Positions 44,090 to 53,400 are shown, counted from the stretch's first letter. The stretch is DNA of 58,736 nt from an uncultured Oscillospiraceae bacterium (GCA_964437665.1 CAYTHS010000004.1:1-58736); one strand, 5' to 3'. Made by a program: numbers and translations. The notes: generated by a model from the letters alone, not told the origin.

Positions 44090-45126
44090 TCGTCATAACG
44101 GCAGGCCGAAGCGATCGCCTGGACGAGACGCTCCGCTTTGCGCTTTCCGGTATACCGCATGCAACTGCGGACGCTGGGAACGCGCTGCAAAATCTCGCCG
44201 GGAGGCGGGTGCTTTTTGCGCTCGCGGCAGACGAAGCGGGTATGAGCAAAAGCACGTTTTTACTGATCGCCGCGCTGCGGCGGAAGTCGTGTGCGATGGA
44301 AGGCTCGATTGCCGGGATCCTGCTTGACGGTGATGGCGAGCTTTATACCAAGCAGACCGCAGACCAGCTTGCGTTGGCGGCAAACCTTGCCGGCTGCATC
44401 TTTCCGGGAAGACCGCTTGTGGAGGCGACCGGTTCGCTGGCCAACTGGCGTGTGCAGGGAAAGCGCCGGGATGTGGAACCAGCGGAAGCCTATCGGCTCG
44501 CCGCGCGCGAGCTCGTCATGCGGCTGGCGGCGTTTGAAGCGCCGCGGTTTGCAAAACCGAAAATACTGATGCTCCACGCGTCGGACAAGGGGACTTCCAA
44601 TACGCTGCAGATCGGGTCGAACGTCTGCGGGCGGCTGCGAGGCCGGTTCGACGTGCGGGAGTTGTCGCTGCAGAACGGTACGATTTACGATTGCCGCGGC
44701 TGCTCGTTTACGACCTGCGCACACTACGCCGCGCAGAATTCCTGCTTCTACGGCGGAAGCATTGTCAGCGAAGTATATCCCGCGCTGATGGCGTGTGACG
44801 CGTTGCTGCTGCTCTGCCCGAATTACAATGATTCCGTGAGCGCGAATATCATGGCGTTCATCAACCGCCTCACGAGCCTTGTGGTGTTCAATCCGCCCTA
44901 CGATAAATATCTTTACGCCGTCGTTGTTTCGGGTTACAGCGGGGGCGACCTTGTGGCGCAGCAGACGCTCGGCGCGCTTTGCCTCAACAAAGCGTTCATG
45001 CTGCCGCCCCGTTTTTGCCTGTTGGAGACGGCCCATTATCCCGGTGAAGCGATGCGGTCCGCGAATATCGAAAAACGCATCGACGCCTTTGCCGAAGGCA
45101 TCGCGAATACGCTGATTGCCCGATGA
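44077..45126 (+). CDS. Tandem flavodoxin-fold / iron-sulfur flavoprotein-like NAD(P)H oxidoreductase
   Basis: C-terminal half: LHAS...SNT, DCRGCSFTTC...NSC, DALLLLCPNYN.SVSANIMAFINRL. N-terminal half is a degenerate flavodoxin-like repeat. Overlaps the LDH-like stop. Confidence 0.75.
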   Translation: MDELIVITAGRSDRLDETLRFALSGIPHATADAGNALQNLAGRRVLFALAADEAGMSKSTFLLIAALRRKSCAMEGSIAGILLDGDGELYTKQTADQLALAANLAGCIFPGRPLVEATGSLANWRVQGKRRDVEPAEAYRLAARELVMRLAAFEAPRFAKPKILMLHASDKGTSNTLQIGSNVCGRLRGRFDVRELSLQNGTIYDCRGCSFTTCAHYAAQNSCFYGGSIVSEVYPALMACDALLLLCPNYNDSVSANIMAFINRLTSLVVFNPPYDKYLYAVVVSGYSGGDLVAQQTLGALCLNKAFMLPPRFCLLETAHYPGEAMRSANIEKRIDAFAEGIANTLIAR

Positions 45127-45148
45127 GGCAAATCGCGTTTTGCGACGT

Positions 45149-45177
45149 TTGAATCCGTCGCGGACGCATGTTAAAAT
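45149..45177 (+). promoter_or_regulatory. sigma70-type promoter upstream of the methyltransferase
   Basis: TTGAAT-N17-TAAAAT. Confidence 0.45.
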
Positions 45178-45473
45178 GCAAAATATACTGGGATGCAGCC
45201 GAATGAAACGCCAAAAGGAAGTGTCGGTTTGGCCGTTGTTCTGCAAGGGACATGCAAAAAAAAACAATCGCAATAGGATTACGAAAAAAGGCCGTTTATT
45301 GGGGCTGCCTGCTGTTTCGTACGGAAACACCAGGCCGTGCGGCATACAAAGCTCACCGGATCGACCGTGGTTTACCCCGGCCGCTTTCTTTTTCCGCAGG
45401 GAAACGGGTTCTGCATGTATAGATGGAAGCAAACAAAAAAATGTTATGACGTAATACCGAAAGGGAAGAGAGA

Positions 45474-46190
45474 ATGAAATTTGTAAACACAAACATGTTT
45501 ACCGAGGCCTTTATTCGCGAGAACATCATGGGACCGAATCCTGCAAAACTGCTGGAAGAGACGATTCACCGTTACCCGGTCGAGCGCGGGTCGGTCGTGC
45601 TTGACCTTGGCTGCGGCAAGGGGGTTACGTCCGTTATGCTGGCGAAGGAATACGGTCTGCGAGTGTTCGCAACCGACCTTTGGATTCCGCCGACGGAGAA
45701 CTGGGCGCGCTTCCGTACGTTTGGTCTCGGCGCGGACGAGATCGTCCCCGTCTATGCGGAGGCGCATGCGCTGCCGTACGCCGAGGCGTTCTTCGATGCG
45801 GCCGTCTGCATCGATGCATATCAATACTTCGGTATTGACCCTGCGTACCTCGGCAAACACCTGCTCCCGCTCGTTAAGCGCGGCGGCATACTTCTTTTCG
45901 TCGTGCCGGGGATGAAACGCTGCTTTGGCGGTGATTATCCGCAGGAAATGCTGCTTTCATGGACAAAGGAAGACCTTGCAACGCTGCGCGCGCGCGAATT
46001 CTGGATTGAAAACCTTTCGCACACAGAGGAAGCGGAGGTGCTCGACGTCTGGGAACTGCAACACTTTGACGAATGCTGGAACGACTGGCTGGCGTGTGAA
46101 AACGAACATGCTATACAGGACAGGCCTTCGATGGAAGCCGGCGCCGGAAAACACATGAATCTGCTGGCCATGGCGCTGCGCCGGAAATAG
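45474..46190 (+). CDS. Class I SAM-dependent methyltransferase
   Basis: VLDLGCGKG motif I, A..LPYA..FFDA..C.DAYQYFG, LVKRGG. Confidence 0.9.
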   Translation: MKFVNTNMFTEAFIRENIMGPNPAKLLEETIHRYPVERGSVVLDLGCGKGVTSVMLAKEYGLRVFATDLWIPPTENWARFRTFGLGADEIVPVYAEAHALPYAEAFFDAAVCIDAYQYFGIDPAYLGKHLLPLVKRGGILLFVVPGMKRCFGGDYPQEMLLSWTKEDLATLRAREFWIENLSHTEEAEVLDVWELQHFDECWNDWLACENEHAIQDRPSMEAGAGKHMNLLAMALRRK

Positions 46191-46267
46191 CGTACTCGAA
46201 AAGCGTTGCAGGAGAGATTGTAAGTAATACAATAAATGGAGGAGTTTTCCATTGCTGCGAAGGCGCC

Positions 46268-46460
46268 CGATTGGTCAAAAAAATTTCCGGGATTGTTAAG
46301 GGCAGCAGCCCCTTAACCCTTTGATTCCAGCGGCGACGGTTCATCCGGCGCAGTACGATCGCCCGTTTCGAACGGTTTGCGGTGTGTTTTGCCGTTCGTG
46401 CGGCCAAAATCCGAAAGGAAAGGAACGATTATCCCATTCAAAAAACAGTTTTTACGATTT
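46268..46460 (-). mobile_element. MITE-like family 1, diverged copy C (~193 bp)
   Basis: Contains ggattgttaaggg...ccttaaccc and ggttcatccggcgcagtacgatcgcccgtttcg, the reverse complement of the copy D/E core. Confidence 0.7.
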
Positions 46461-46474
46461 CGGCGCTTCCTGTT

Positions 46475-47086
46475 TCAGCGGGAAGCGCTGCATTCATTCT
46501 GTTGGGAAGGGAGATCGCCGTGTTCGTCGTCCGGCAGCTTCAGCGCGATGATTTTGCCTGCGAGCAGGCGTGTGAAGCTTGAAGCGATTGCCGTGCCAAC
46601 CACGAGGTCGTTGACTTCTGTGCCGGTGTTGGACGTTTCGTCGTAAATCGGTCCCGCGACGCTTTTGACCTGCTTGATGAAGTAGAGCGCAAGGCGTTTG
46701 TGGCTTGCGACGAAGCGCTCGTAGTCCGCGCGGATTTTCTCTTCATCGTCCGGCGGCAGCATCTGCTCGACGGCGGCCATGCTCAGCGACTGTTTGAAGG
46801 TACAGATCATGATCAGCAGCGCGATGTGTTTTCTGCTGTATTTCTTTTTAACCGGAGGCGGAAGAAGGCGCATTTTGACGTAATTATTGACCATGGAAGG
46901 CGTGAGCAGCTTTTCCTCGCCCGGATCATAAACGAAAAAGCCGAGAAACTGTGTAATCAACCCGATCATCTGATCCATGTACAATTTAATCCGAGGAAGT
47001 TCGTCCCAGTCCGGCAGCCGGAAATCGTTCATGAAGTTTTCCCAGCGAATTAATTTTTCCGCAATTTGGTTTTTATCGTATCGCAT
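46475..47086 (-). CDS. DUF1836 domain protein (predicted HTH-type regulator)
   Basis: LP.W.ELP.I.LYMDQ, LT.SMVNNYVK..L.PPP.KKKYSR.HIA.LI.I...KQ.LS. Confidence 0.88.
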   Translation of the reverse strand: MRYDKNQIAEKLIRWENFMNDFRLPDWDELPRIKLYMDQMIGLITQFLGFFVYDPGEEKLLTPSMVNNYVKMRLLPPPVKKKYSRKHIALLIMICTFKQSLSMAAVEQMLPPDDEEKIRADYERFVASHKRLALYFIKQVKSVAGPIYDETSNTGTEVNDLVVGTAIASSFTRLLAGKIIALKLPDDEHGDLPSQQNECSASR

Positions 47087-47234
47087 GGTTTTGCCCCGAT
47101 CGACGCGTATTTTTGTCTATTATAATCGCTGAAACAAAAAAAAGCCAGCAAACGCCGTTTATAAAATCTCTTTACATAGAAAGAAAAAATGTTTAATATA
47201 GTACAACAAACCAGATAAGGAGGTGGGAAACACA

Positions 47235-48101
47235 ATGTCGTTTCAGATTTTTACCGATTCTTCAGCAAATCTGTTTGAGGATGAGGTAAACCGACTCGGA
47301 CTCAAGATCGTTTCTCTGACGCTTTCGATCAACGAGGACGAGGTGCTTTGCTACGGGCCGGGCGCGCCGTTCGACTTCGATGCGTTTTTCAAGCGCATGC
47401 GCGAGGACGGAACACTTGTACTCAAAACATCCATGATCAATACGAGTGCGTTTTTAGCTGCATTCGAGCCTGTTTTGCAGGCGGAAATGGATGTGCTCTG
47501 TCTTACGATGTCATCCGGACTCAGCGGGACCTGGTCGGGCGGGCAAAAAGCCGCCGATATCCTGCAAAAGAAGTATCCGGAGCGCGAAATACGCGTGGTG
47601 GACACGCTTTCCGCGACCATCGGCGAGGGCCTGCTTGTGCGCGAAGCGGTGGAGATGCGCAACGGCGGCAAGACCGTTTCGGAGATTGCCGCGTATATCG
47701 AGCAGCGCAAAACACAGCTCCGTCAGTTCTTCATGGTGGACGATCTCAACTTTCTCAGGCGCGGCGGCAGGCTTTCCGGCAGCGCGGCGCTGGCGGGATC
47801 GATCATGCATCTCAAGCCTATCCTGAAAGGCGATGAAGAGGGGAAAATCGTTCTTGACCGGAAACTTTTCGGCAGGAAAAAGGCGCTCGCGACGCTTGTT
47901 GAGGTTTTCTCCGAACTGCACGGCGAACGGACGGAAAACCGGCGTTTCGGTGTTTCGCACACCGGCGCGGAAGAGGAGGCACACCTGCTTGCGGCGCAGA
48001 TCATCGACCGTTATCCGGGCGCAGGGGCGGACATCGTGCCGTTTGAACCTTGTACCGCGTCCCATGTTGGCCCTGGGGCGGTGGGGTTGTTTTTCTTTTG
48101 A
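47235..48101 (+). CDS. degV: DegV/FakB family fatty-acid-binding protein
   Basis: IFTDSSANL, KTS.IN, SSGLSGT, VVDT, VDDLNFLRRGGRLS, HVGPG. Confidence 0.93.
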   Translation: MSFQIFTDSSANLFEDEVNRLGLKIVSLTLSINEDEVLCYGPGAPFDFDAFFKRMREDGTLVLKTSMINTSAFLAAFEPVLQAEMDVLCLTMSSGLSGTWSGGQKAADILQKKYPEREIRVVDTLSATIGEGLLVREAVEMRNGGKTVSEIAAYIEQRKTQLRQFFMVDDLNFLRRGGRLSGSAALAGSIMHLKPILKGDEEGKIVLDRKLFGRKKALATLVEVFSELHGERTENRRFGVSHTGAEEEAHLLAAQIIDRYPGAGADIVPFEPCTASHVGPGAVGLFFF

Positions 48102-48166
48102 CGGGAGCGTACTTCCAAAAATTCCAGACACGAAATCATTGATAAATTATTTTACTATTATTCAGA

Positions 48167-48189
48167 AAGGCGGCGCATTTGCGCCGCCT
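48167..48189. terminator. GC hairpin between the convergent degV and TspO-like genes
   Basis: aggcggcgca-ttt-gcgccgcct. Confidence 0.5.
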
Positions 48190-48220
48190 GAGACCGTCAA
48201 AGAACATGTTTTTTGACGGG
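48190..48220 (+). mobile_element. MITE-like family 1, left-end-only mini copy F
   Basis: GAGACCGTCAAAGAACATGTTTTTTGACGGG matches the left ends of copies A and E and directly abuts the hairpin at 48167-48189. Confidence 0.5.
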
Positions 48221-48268
48221 TTCATAACTCGCGCCTGCGAGCCTTTCCTCGTTTCTGACTGTGGAACT

Positions 48269-49075
48269 TTATGTCTGCGCTTTTTTTCGCAGGATTGAAA
48301 GAACAAACGCGGCGGCAAAAAGCACCATGCACGCAACCGCGGCCCAGATTACACCCGGATACGCGCCGGCATGCCCGGCGGGCGAGATATGGCTGACCAG
48401 GATGCCAGTATACGCCCAGATCAGCACCAGAGCGTACGCCGGGTCGCGAAACCGCAGCGTCGTGAGCGTGCCGAGGATCGCCGCGACGGCGAGGATGATT
48501 ATCGTCCAGACCGGCTCGGAGACGCCGAAACCGTCCCAGCCGACGTGCACGAGCAGCGCTGTGATGTTTGCGACTGTCGCGACCGTGATCCAGCCGAAAT
48601 AGAGGCTGAAGGGGATCTGCACCAGAATTCGTTCGCGCGCGGCCTTTGCCTCGCCAGCGGTCAGGTAACGCACGATGATCAGACTGACGAGCAGAAGCAG
48701 CATCATAACAACGCTCAGTACGATCGCCCCATAGTGCCAGCAAAACAACCACGCGACGTTCGCAACCGAAGAAACGGCGAAAAGAACGGCGGCTTTATTG
48801 AGCAGGGCTTCGTTCGCGGGCGCTTTACCCCGGAAAACACCGAGTTCGTAGAGCGTAAAAAGCAGCAGTGCCAGATAGATAACGCTCCAGATAGAAAACG
48901 TATAGCCGGCGGGAACGAAAAGGTTCGGGTACATGGCGGAAACGTCCTGTGGCGTTACGCCGTTGAGCGGGAGCAGCGCGGAAAGCGCATTGACGGCGAT
49001 CATCAGCACGAACGACGCGGCAACGATCAGGCTGCGGAAGAGTGTGCCTGATTTTCCTGCATGAGGTTCTGGCAT
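48269..49075 (-). CDS. TspO/MBR-related tryptophan-rich membrane protein
   Basis: VNALS..LPLNG.T..DVS..YPNLFVPAGYTFSIWSVIY, NVAWLF.WHY, FSLYFGWITVATVAN. Confidence 0.75.
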   Translation of the reverse strand: MPEPHAGKSGTLFRSLIVAASFVLMIAVNALSALLPLNGVTPQDVSAMYPNLFVPAGYTFSIWSVIYLALLLFTLYELGVFRGKAPANEALLNKAAVLFAVSSVANVAWLFCWHYGAIVLSVVMMLLLLVSLIIVRYLTAGEAKAARERILVQIPFSLYFGWITVATVANITALLVHVGWDGFGVSEPVWTIIILAVAAILGTLTTLRFRDPAYALVLIWAYTGILVSHISPAGHAGAYPGVIWAAVACMVLFAAAFVLSILRKKAQT

Positions 49076-49133
49076 GGTCTTCTCCTTTCTTGCGTTGGTC
49101 GGGTTTGGAAAACACGGCGCTTTTGCAGCGCGG

Positions 49134-50414
49134 TCACGGCGCGTCCTCGGAACGGAGGACGAAATAATAGGAGTCGAGCAGGTAGTCCGTATCATATTTT
49201 TGTGCGAGCCGAAAGAGATAGGTTTTTATCTGAACGAGTGTGGCGCCGCCCGCAAGATATCGCGACAATAGGCTGAAGAAGCGTTTTTGTTCGGCGGCGG
49301 AAGCGTCTTTTTTGAAATACCCCCACGCGTGTTCCAGCGCGTTGGCAGCGCGGCCGCGATGACCGGGCGTATGGAGCGCGCTCTCGATCATGCGGTAAAA
49401 AACGACGGGGTCCGGCCGTTTTCCGGTTCGCCACAGTGCGCGCAGGTTTGCCGCTGCGGCAGGGGAGCGTTCGAGCACTGCGTATTTGTAACGGGCCCAT
49501 TCCGCCTGCAGCGCGCCCGGCGGTGCGCCGCGTGTGCAGAGCGAACACTTAAGTGCGGAGAGATTTTTGTCCTTGACTTCTAACATTACGTCCAGCGTAT
49601 CGCAGGGCAGCGTGCGCACAAACGCAAGAAACGGGTCGATGGCGATTGAAGCGGAGTGAGCACCGCGCGCTTTATAAGGATGCTGCTGGGAATAGTGAAT
49701 CTTCTGTGCGCCGTCGTGCGGCTTCCAGGTCGCCGCGGCCTGCGCAATCCAGTACGCGTCCGTTTTCGTGGGGTCGGCGGGATGGATAGCGTTATGCAGG
49801 TTGTCGTAGACCGCGGGCAGGCCGGTATGCGCGCAGAGATCGAGCACCTCGGCGATATCATAGATCATGCCGTCGTTTTCCAGCACGAGCCGCCGTTTGA
49901 TCGCATGGTCCAAGTCGTTGAAGCGTGTGCAGAATCGCACCACAGCGCTTTTCGCGTCGCCGTATTTTCCGCCTGCGTGCAAGATTATCTTATGCTCCGG
50001 TCCGAGCCCGAGCGCATCCAGAACACGCGCATGGTAAGCGAGATCGGCAACGGAGCGGCGCGCTACGTCGGCATCCGGCGAACCCGGCACCGTGTACTGC
50101 CCGGGGTGCATGGAAACGCGCATGCCCGAGCGGACGATTTTTTCGCTGATAGAGGCAAGCCGCTCTTTGTTTTCGTGTTCCCAGGCCAGCGAACGCGCGG
50201 CGGAAGAACCGAACGGGACCAAATCCGAACTGATGCGGAAAAGACGTATATTATTTTTAATATTGTAATCGACGATGCGCTCCAGCACGGCGAGATTATG
50301 CGCTGCGAGCGCAAGCAACCGCTCCGGCAAAGCGTTTTTCAGCGTGCAGCTCCGCAAATCCGCGTCTTGCACGGCCAGTGCGATACAGGCGTAACCGATT
50401 CGCAAATCAATCAC
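49134..50414 (-). CDS. uvsE: UV DNA damage endonuclease with C-terminal DUF1722-like domain
   Basis: RIGYAC, LFRISSDLVPF, SMHPGQY, LHAGG, LVLEND, DNLHN, KIHYSQ, MLEVKDKNL. C-terminal AANALEHAWGYFKK. Confidence 0.9.
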   Translation of the reverse strand: MIDLRIGYACIALAVQDADLRSCTLKNALPERLLALAAHNLAVLERIVDYNIKNNIRLFRISSDLVPFGSSAARSLAWEHENKERLASISEKIVRSGMRVSMHPGQYTVPGSPDADVARRSVADLAYHARVLDALGLGPEHKIILHAGGKYGDAKSAVVRFCTRFNDLDHAIKRRLVLENDGMIYDIAEVLDLCAHTGLPAVYDNLHNAIHPADPTKTDAYWIAQAAATWKPHDGAQKIHYSQQHPYKARGAHSASIAIDPFLAFVRTLPCDTLDVMLEVKDKNLSALKCSLCTRGAPPGALQAEWARYKYAVLERSPAAAANLRALWRTGKRPDPVVFYRMIESALHTPGHRGRAANALEHAWGYFKKDASAAEQKRFFSLLSRYLAGGATLVQIKTYLFRLAQKYDTDYLLDSYYFVLRSEDAP

Positions 50415-50503
50415 CTCCGGAGGGCGAAAAAAAGGAAATGAGTTTTATTACCTAATTATAACTTTGCAGGTGTAATTACGCAAATAATCTATGTGATTAT
50501 CGA

Positions 50504-51217
50504 TCAGAGCCTGCGCACAGACAGCGTGCATGCCGCCGCATCGAAGGAGAGTGAAACGGGATTGAACAGACCGGAAAGCAAGGCAATCGCCGCGGCGGAA
50601 GGGGCGTGTGCCTGTTCGATCGCGAAGGTTGCGGGAAGCGAGCCGCGGTCAAGCGCGCCCTGTATCTGCCGTATCAGCGGCAGCAGAGCGGCATATGCGC
50701 CGTCGACGACGCGGTAAGCCGGGAGGTACGCGCGGCGGTAGGTTTCGCTGTGCCGCACCATGGGACTGCCCGCCGCCCGGTATCTGTCGAGATAAGAGTC
50801 CAGCGCTTCCATAGAAAAAGCGAACGCGCCGTCCGCCGCCGCGCGGACTACTTCTTCAAGTACGCGTTGAAATGTTTTCATATCGCCGCCCGCTCCCTGC
50901 GCTGAGCGGACGAACATACGGTTGAGCAGCGCGTCCGGGAGAGGCAGTAAGGACGGGGAACCGAGATTCATGCGCGCATAGCCGAGACCGATCGGCAGGA
51001 ATGCTTCCTGTGTGGCGCTGCGGCGTTTGTTCGAACACGTTTTTTTGCGCTCCTCCGTGAGGAAGGCGAGGCTGTTCGCCTCGCTCGCAATCAGATGCCC
51101 GCCGCCGAACACACTTTGATATGCGAACTTGACCGCGTCCGCAGGTTCCATTTTGGGATAACGCCCGGCGTGCAGCGTAAGGATTTTTCGGAAAGGTCCA
51201 GGATCGAACGTTAGCAT
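50504..51217 (-). CDS. Conserved hypothetical protein (HA.RYP.ME..D..K..YQ..FGGGH family)
   Basis: Coding-like ORF ending ...HSETYRRAYLPAYRVV plus a short degenerate tail. Confidence 0.6.
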   Translation of the reverse strand: MLTFDPGPFRKILTLHAGRYPKMEPADAVKFAYQSVFGGGHLIASEANSLAFLTEERKKTCSNKRRSATQEAFLPIGLGYARMNLGSPSLLPLPDALLNRMFVRSAQGAGGDMKTFQRVLEEVVRAAADGAFAFSMEALDSYLDRYRAAGSPMVRHSETYRRAYLPAYRVVDGAYAALLPLIRQIQGALDRGSLPATFAIEQAHAPSAAAIALLSGLFNPVSLSFDAAACTLSVRRL

Positions 51218-51256
51218 ATAATCGCCTTTCTTGCGCTGAGTTTGCGGGTTGCTTTT

Positions 51257-51419
51257 TAGGTTGTGTTTCTAAAGTCACAAAAGCGCATTTCCGCCGCCTC
51301 GACTTGCATGTTTTCGTTAATAAGCCTCGCCGCAGCACCACTGCGTCTGTGTTTTTCGTCTCAATCTGCAAGCCGATCCAGCAAAATTGCATCTTCTAGG
51401 CTTTAGAAACACACCCTAG
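51257..51419. mobile_element. MITE-like family 2, copy 2 (163 bp)
   Basis: TAGGTTGTGTTTCTAAA...TTTAGAAACACACCCTAG. Core cgccgcagcaccactgcg.ctgtgtttttcgtctcaa and aagccgatccagcaaaa shared with copy 1. Confidence 0.78.
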
Positions 51420-51555
51420 CATACCGCTGAAGATTTGTAAACAGCGGCGCGTTTGCAAACGTGAAAAGCTGTGGTACAATCCGCTTGAGAAAACACAGCG
51501 AATCGAGAGGCCGGGGCCGCTGCAAAGCGAACATCCGGCCGGACGGGAGACAAAC

Positions 51556-52110
51556 ATGAATAAACAAACTGAACTCCGGGAAGAAACCGTATCGTCCAAA
51601 GAGATTTTCCGCGGTAAGGTGGTACACCTTTTTCAGGATGTCGTGCGGCTGGTCAACGGCAAAACTACCGTACGTGAAGTGATTCACCATATGGGAGCGG
51701 TTGCGATCGTTGCGCTGACGGACGAAGGCGAGGCGCTCATGGTGCGTCAGTACCGCTATCCGTTCGGCATGGCGTTGCTGGAAGTGCCGGCGGGCAAACT
51801 CGACCAGGGGGAATCGCCGGAGGCGTGCGCGCGGCGCGAACTCTCCGAAGAGACGGGCGCGGCGGCAAAAACGCTGACCTATATCGGGGATTTTTATCCG
51901 TCCGTGGCGATCCTGGACGAAAACATCCGCCTGTTCGTGGCAAAAGGGCTGACCTTCGGCAGTGCACATACAGACGAAGATGAGTTTTTGAATCTGGAAC
52001 GCATCCCGCTCGAAACGCTCGTGCAGATGGTACTGCGCGGCGAAATCTGCGACGGAAAGACGCAGGCGGCGATCCTCAAGGTATGGTGCATGGAAAACGG
52101 TGCGTGCTGA
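51556..52110 (+). CDS. nudF: Nudix hydrolase, ADP-ribose pyrophosphatase-like
   Basis: VRQYRYP, LEVPAGKLD.GESPEACARRELSEETG Nudix box, DEDEFL, DGKT. Confidence 0.88.
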   Translation: MNKQTELREETVSSKEIFRGKVVHLFQDVVRLVNGKTTVREVIHHMGAVAIVALTDEGEALMVRQYRYPFGMALLEVPAGKLDQGESPEACARRELSEETGAAAKTLTYIGDFYPSVAILDENIRLFVAKGLTFGSAHTDEDEFLNLERIPLETLVQMVLRGEICDGKTQAAILKVWCMENGAC

Positions 52111-52135
52111 TTCGGTCCCAAACCGCTTTACCGTT

Positions 52136-52284
52136 TTTTACCTCTCGTCCTTTGGCCGCGCGGGCGGCAAAGTACACAGAAAAACCGCCCGAAACGGGCG
52201 ATCGTACTGCGCCGGATGAACCGGCGCAGGCGGAATCAACGGGTAAGGCTTCGGTTCTTTAATAAGGACTTTTTTGACAGGCTG
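52136..52284 (+). mobile_element. MITE-like family 1, left-truncated copy D
   Basis: cctctcgtcc...gggcggcaaa...aaaccgcccgaaacgggcgatcgtactgcgccggatgaaccggcgcag...ttttttgacaggctg. Confidence 0.72.
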
Positions 52285-52311
52285 AAGCGGGGGTTGTCCC
52301 CGCTTTTTTTG
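52285..52311. terminator. Bidirectional terminator between nudF and lgt
   Basis: aagcggggg-ttgt-ccccgctt followed by a T-run. Confidence 0.65.
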
Positions 52312-53139
52312 TTATTTTGTTTCGTCCGGCGCGGGTGGGGCGATCAAGTATTTACCTGTATACGGTTTCGCCCTGAGCACGCCTTTATGAACGAGCACCA
52401 GCAGCGCGATTCCGACCAGAACGAGCACGGCGGAAAGCGCCTGCGAAACGCGGATATTTCCGAAGAGGTACAGGCTGTCGGTGCGCAGTCCCTCGATCAA
52501 TGCGCGCCCGATTCCGTAGCCGATGAAGTAGACGGCCATCAGTGTGCCGTCCTTTACGCGTTTCCTGCCGAGCAGCAGTACCACGCATAGCAGGATCAGA
52601 TTCCACGCGCTTTCATAAAAGAATGTCGCTTGATGCCACTCGCCGAGGGACTGGATATACACGCCGACCGGGAAAAACTGGAGCCGGGGGTTCGTAATTA
52701 GTTCGCCGAACGCTTCCTGATTGACGAAGTTCCCCCAGCGGCCGACTGCCTGACCGAGAATCAGGCTTGGGATAGCGAGGTCGACGAGCGTCAGAAAAGG
52801 GAACTTATTCGCTCGGGTGAGGATCATCGCTCCGAGAAAACCGCCGATTACGCCTCCGTAAATCGCCAGGCCGCCCTGGTTGACCGCGAATATTTTCCAG
52901 AGATCCTGCGCATAGCTCTCCCACTCGAACGCGACATAATACAGCCGCGCGCCAATTACGGCCAGCGGGACAGCCAACAGCACCAGATCGAGTATCACGT
53001 CCGAACGAAAACCGCGCCGTTTTGTGCGGAGCACCGCGAGCAGTATACCGAGCAGCATCCCGCTGGCAATGATCACGCCGTACCAGGCGATGTTAAGCCC
53101 TTCGACACCAAATAGATTTGTAACGGCAAACCGGTTCAT
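52312..53139 (-). CDS. lgt: Prolipoprotein diacylglyceryl transferase
   Basis: IAWYG, GARLYYV, GGLAIYGG, GQAVGRWGNFVNQEAFG, FFYES, IEGLRTD. Confidence 0.96.
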   Translation of the reverse strand: MNRFAVTNLFGVEGLNIAWYGVIIASGMLLGILLAVLRTKRRGFRSDVILDLVLLAVPLAVIGARLYYVAFEWESYAQDLWKIFAVNQGGLAIYGGVIGGFLGAMILTRANKFPFLTLVDLAIPSLILGQAVGRWGNFVNQEAFGELITNPRLQFFPVGVYIQSLGEWHQATFFYESAWNLILLCVVLLLGRKRVKDGTLMAVYFIGYGIGRALIEGLRTDSLYLFGNIRVSQALSAVLVLVGIALLVLVHKGVLRAKPYTGKYLIAPPAPDETK

Positions 53140-53341
53140 TCGATCAGACCTCCTTGTCTGTAAGGCATATAAACAACAGAGTGTGTTATCTGGGTCTTCA
53201 TATTACGATACTGCGCCGGTTTTCCGGCGAAGCGTCCTGCCCGCGAACAAGCATATTGTAACAAGCGCTTCGGCTGTGTGCAAGCGGACGCGCCGGATGC
53301 GCTGCATGGATAAAACTTTTTCACAGCGCGAAAAAATAGGG

Positions 53342-53400
53342 TTGACAATAGGAGTTAGATACGTTAAACTCCATACAGAAATAAGTTAGACGGTTCTAAC
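53342..53400 (+). promoter_or_regulatory. feo promoter with two GTTAG-N6-CTAAC-type boxes
   Basis: TTGACA-N17-TAAACT. Box gttag-atacgt-taaac (53354-53369) overlaps the -10. Perfect box gttag-acggtt-ctaac at 53385-53400. Confidence 0.65.

Noticed and set aside
38185-45126. Calling the giant-protein operon an anti-phage defence system
   Set aside because: NAD-related domains are suggestive, but no known defence genes, prophage or integrase are nearby. Kept only as one testable option.
45116-45454. 112-aa ORF as a leader or RiPP precursor peptide
   Set aside because: No RBS, it overlaps the upstream stop and the promoter, it has no precursor-like motif, and no modifying enzymes other than a generic methyltransferase are nearby.
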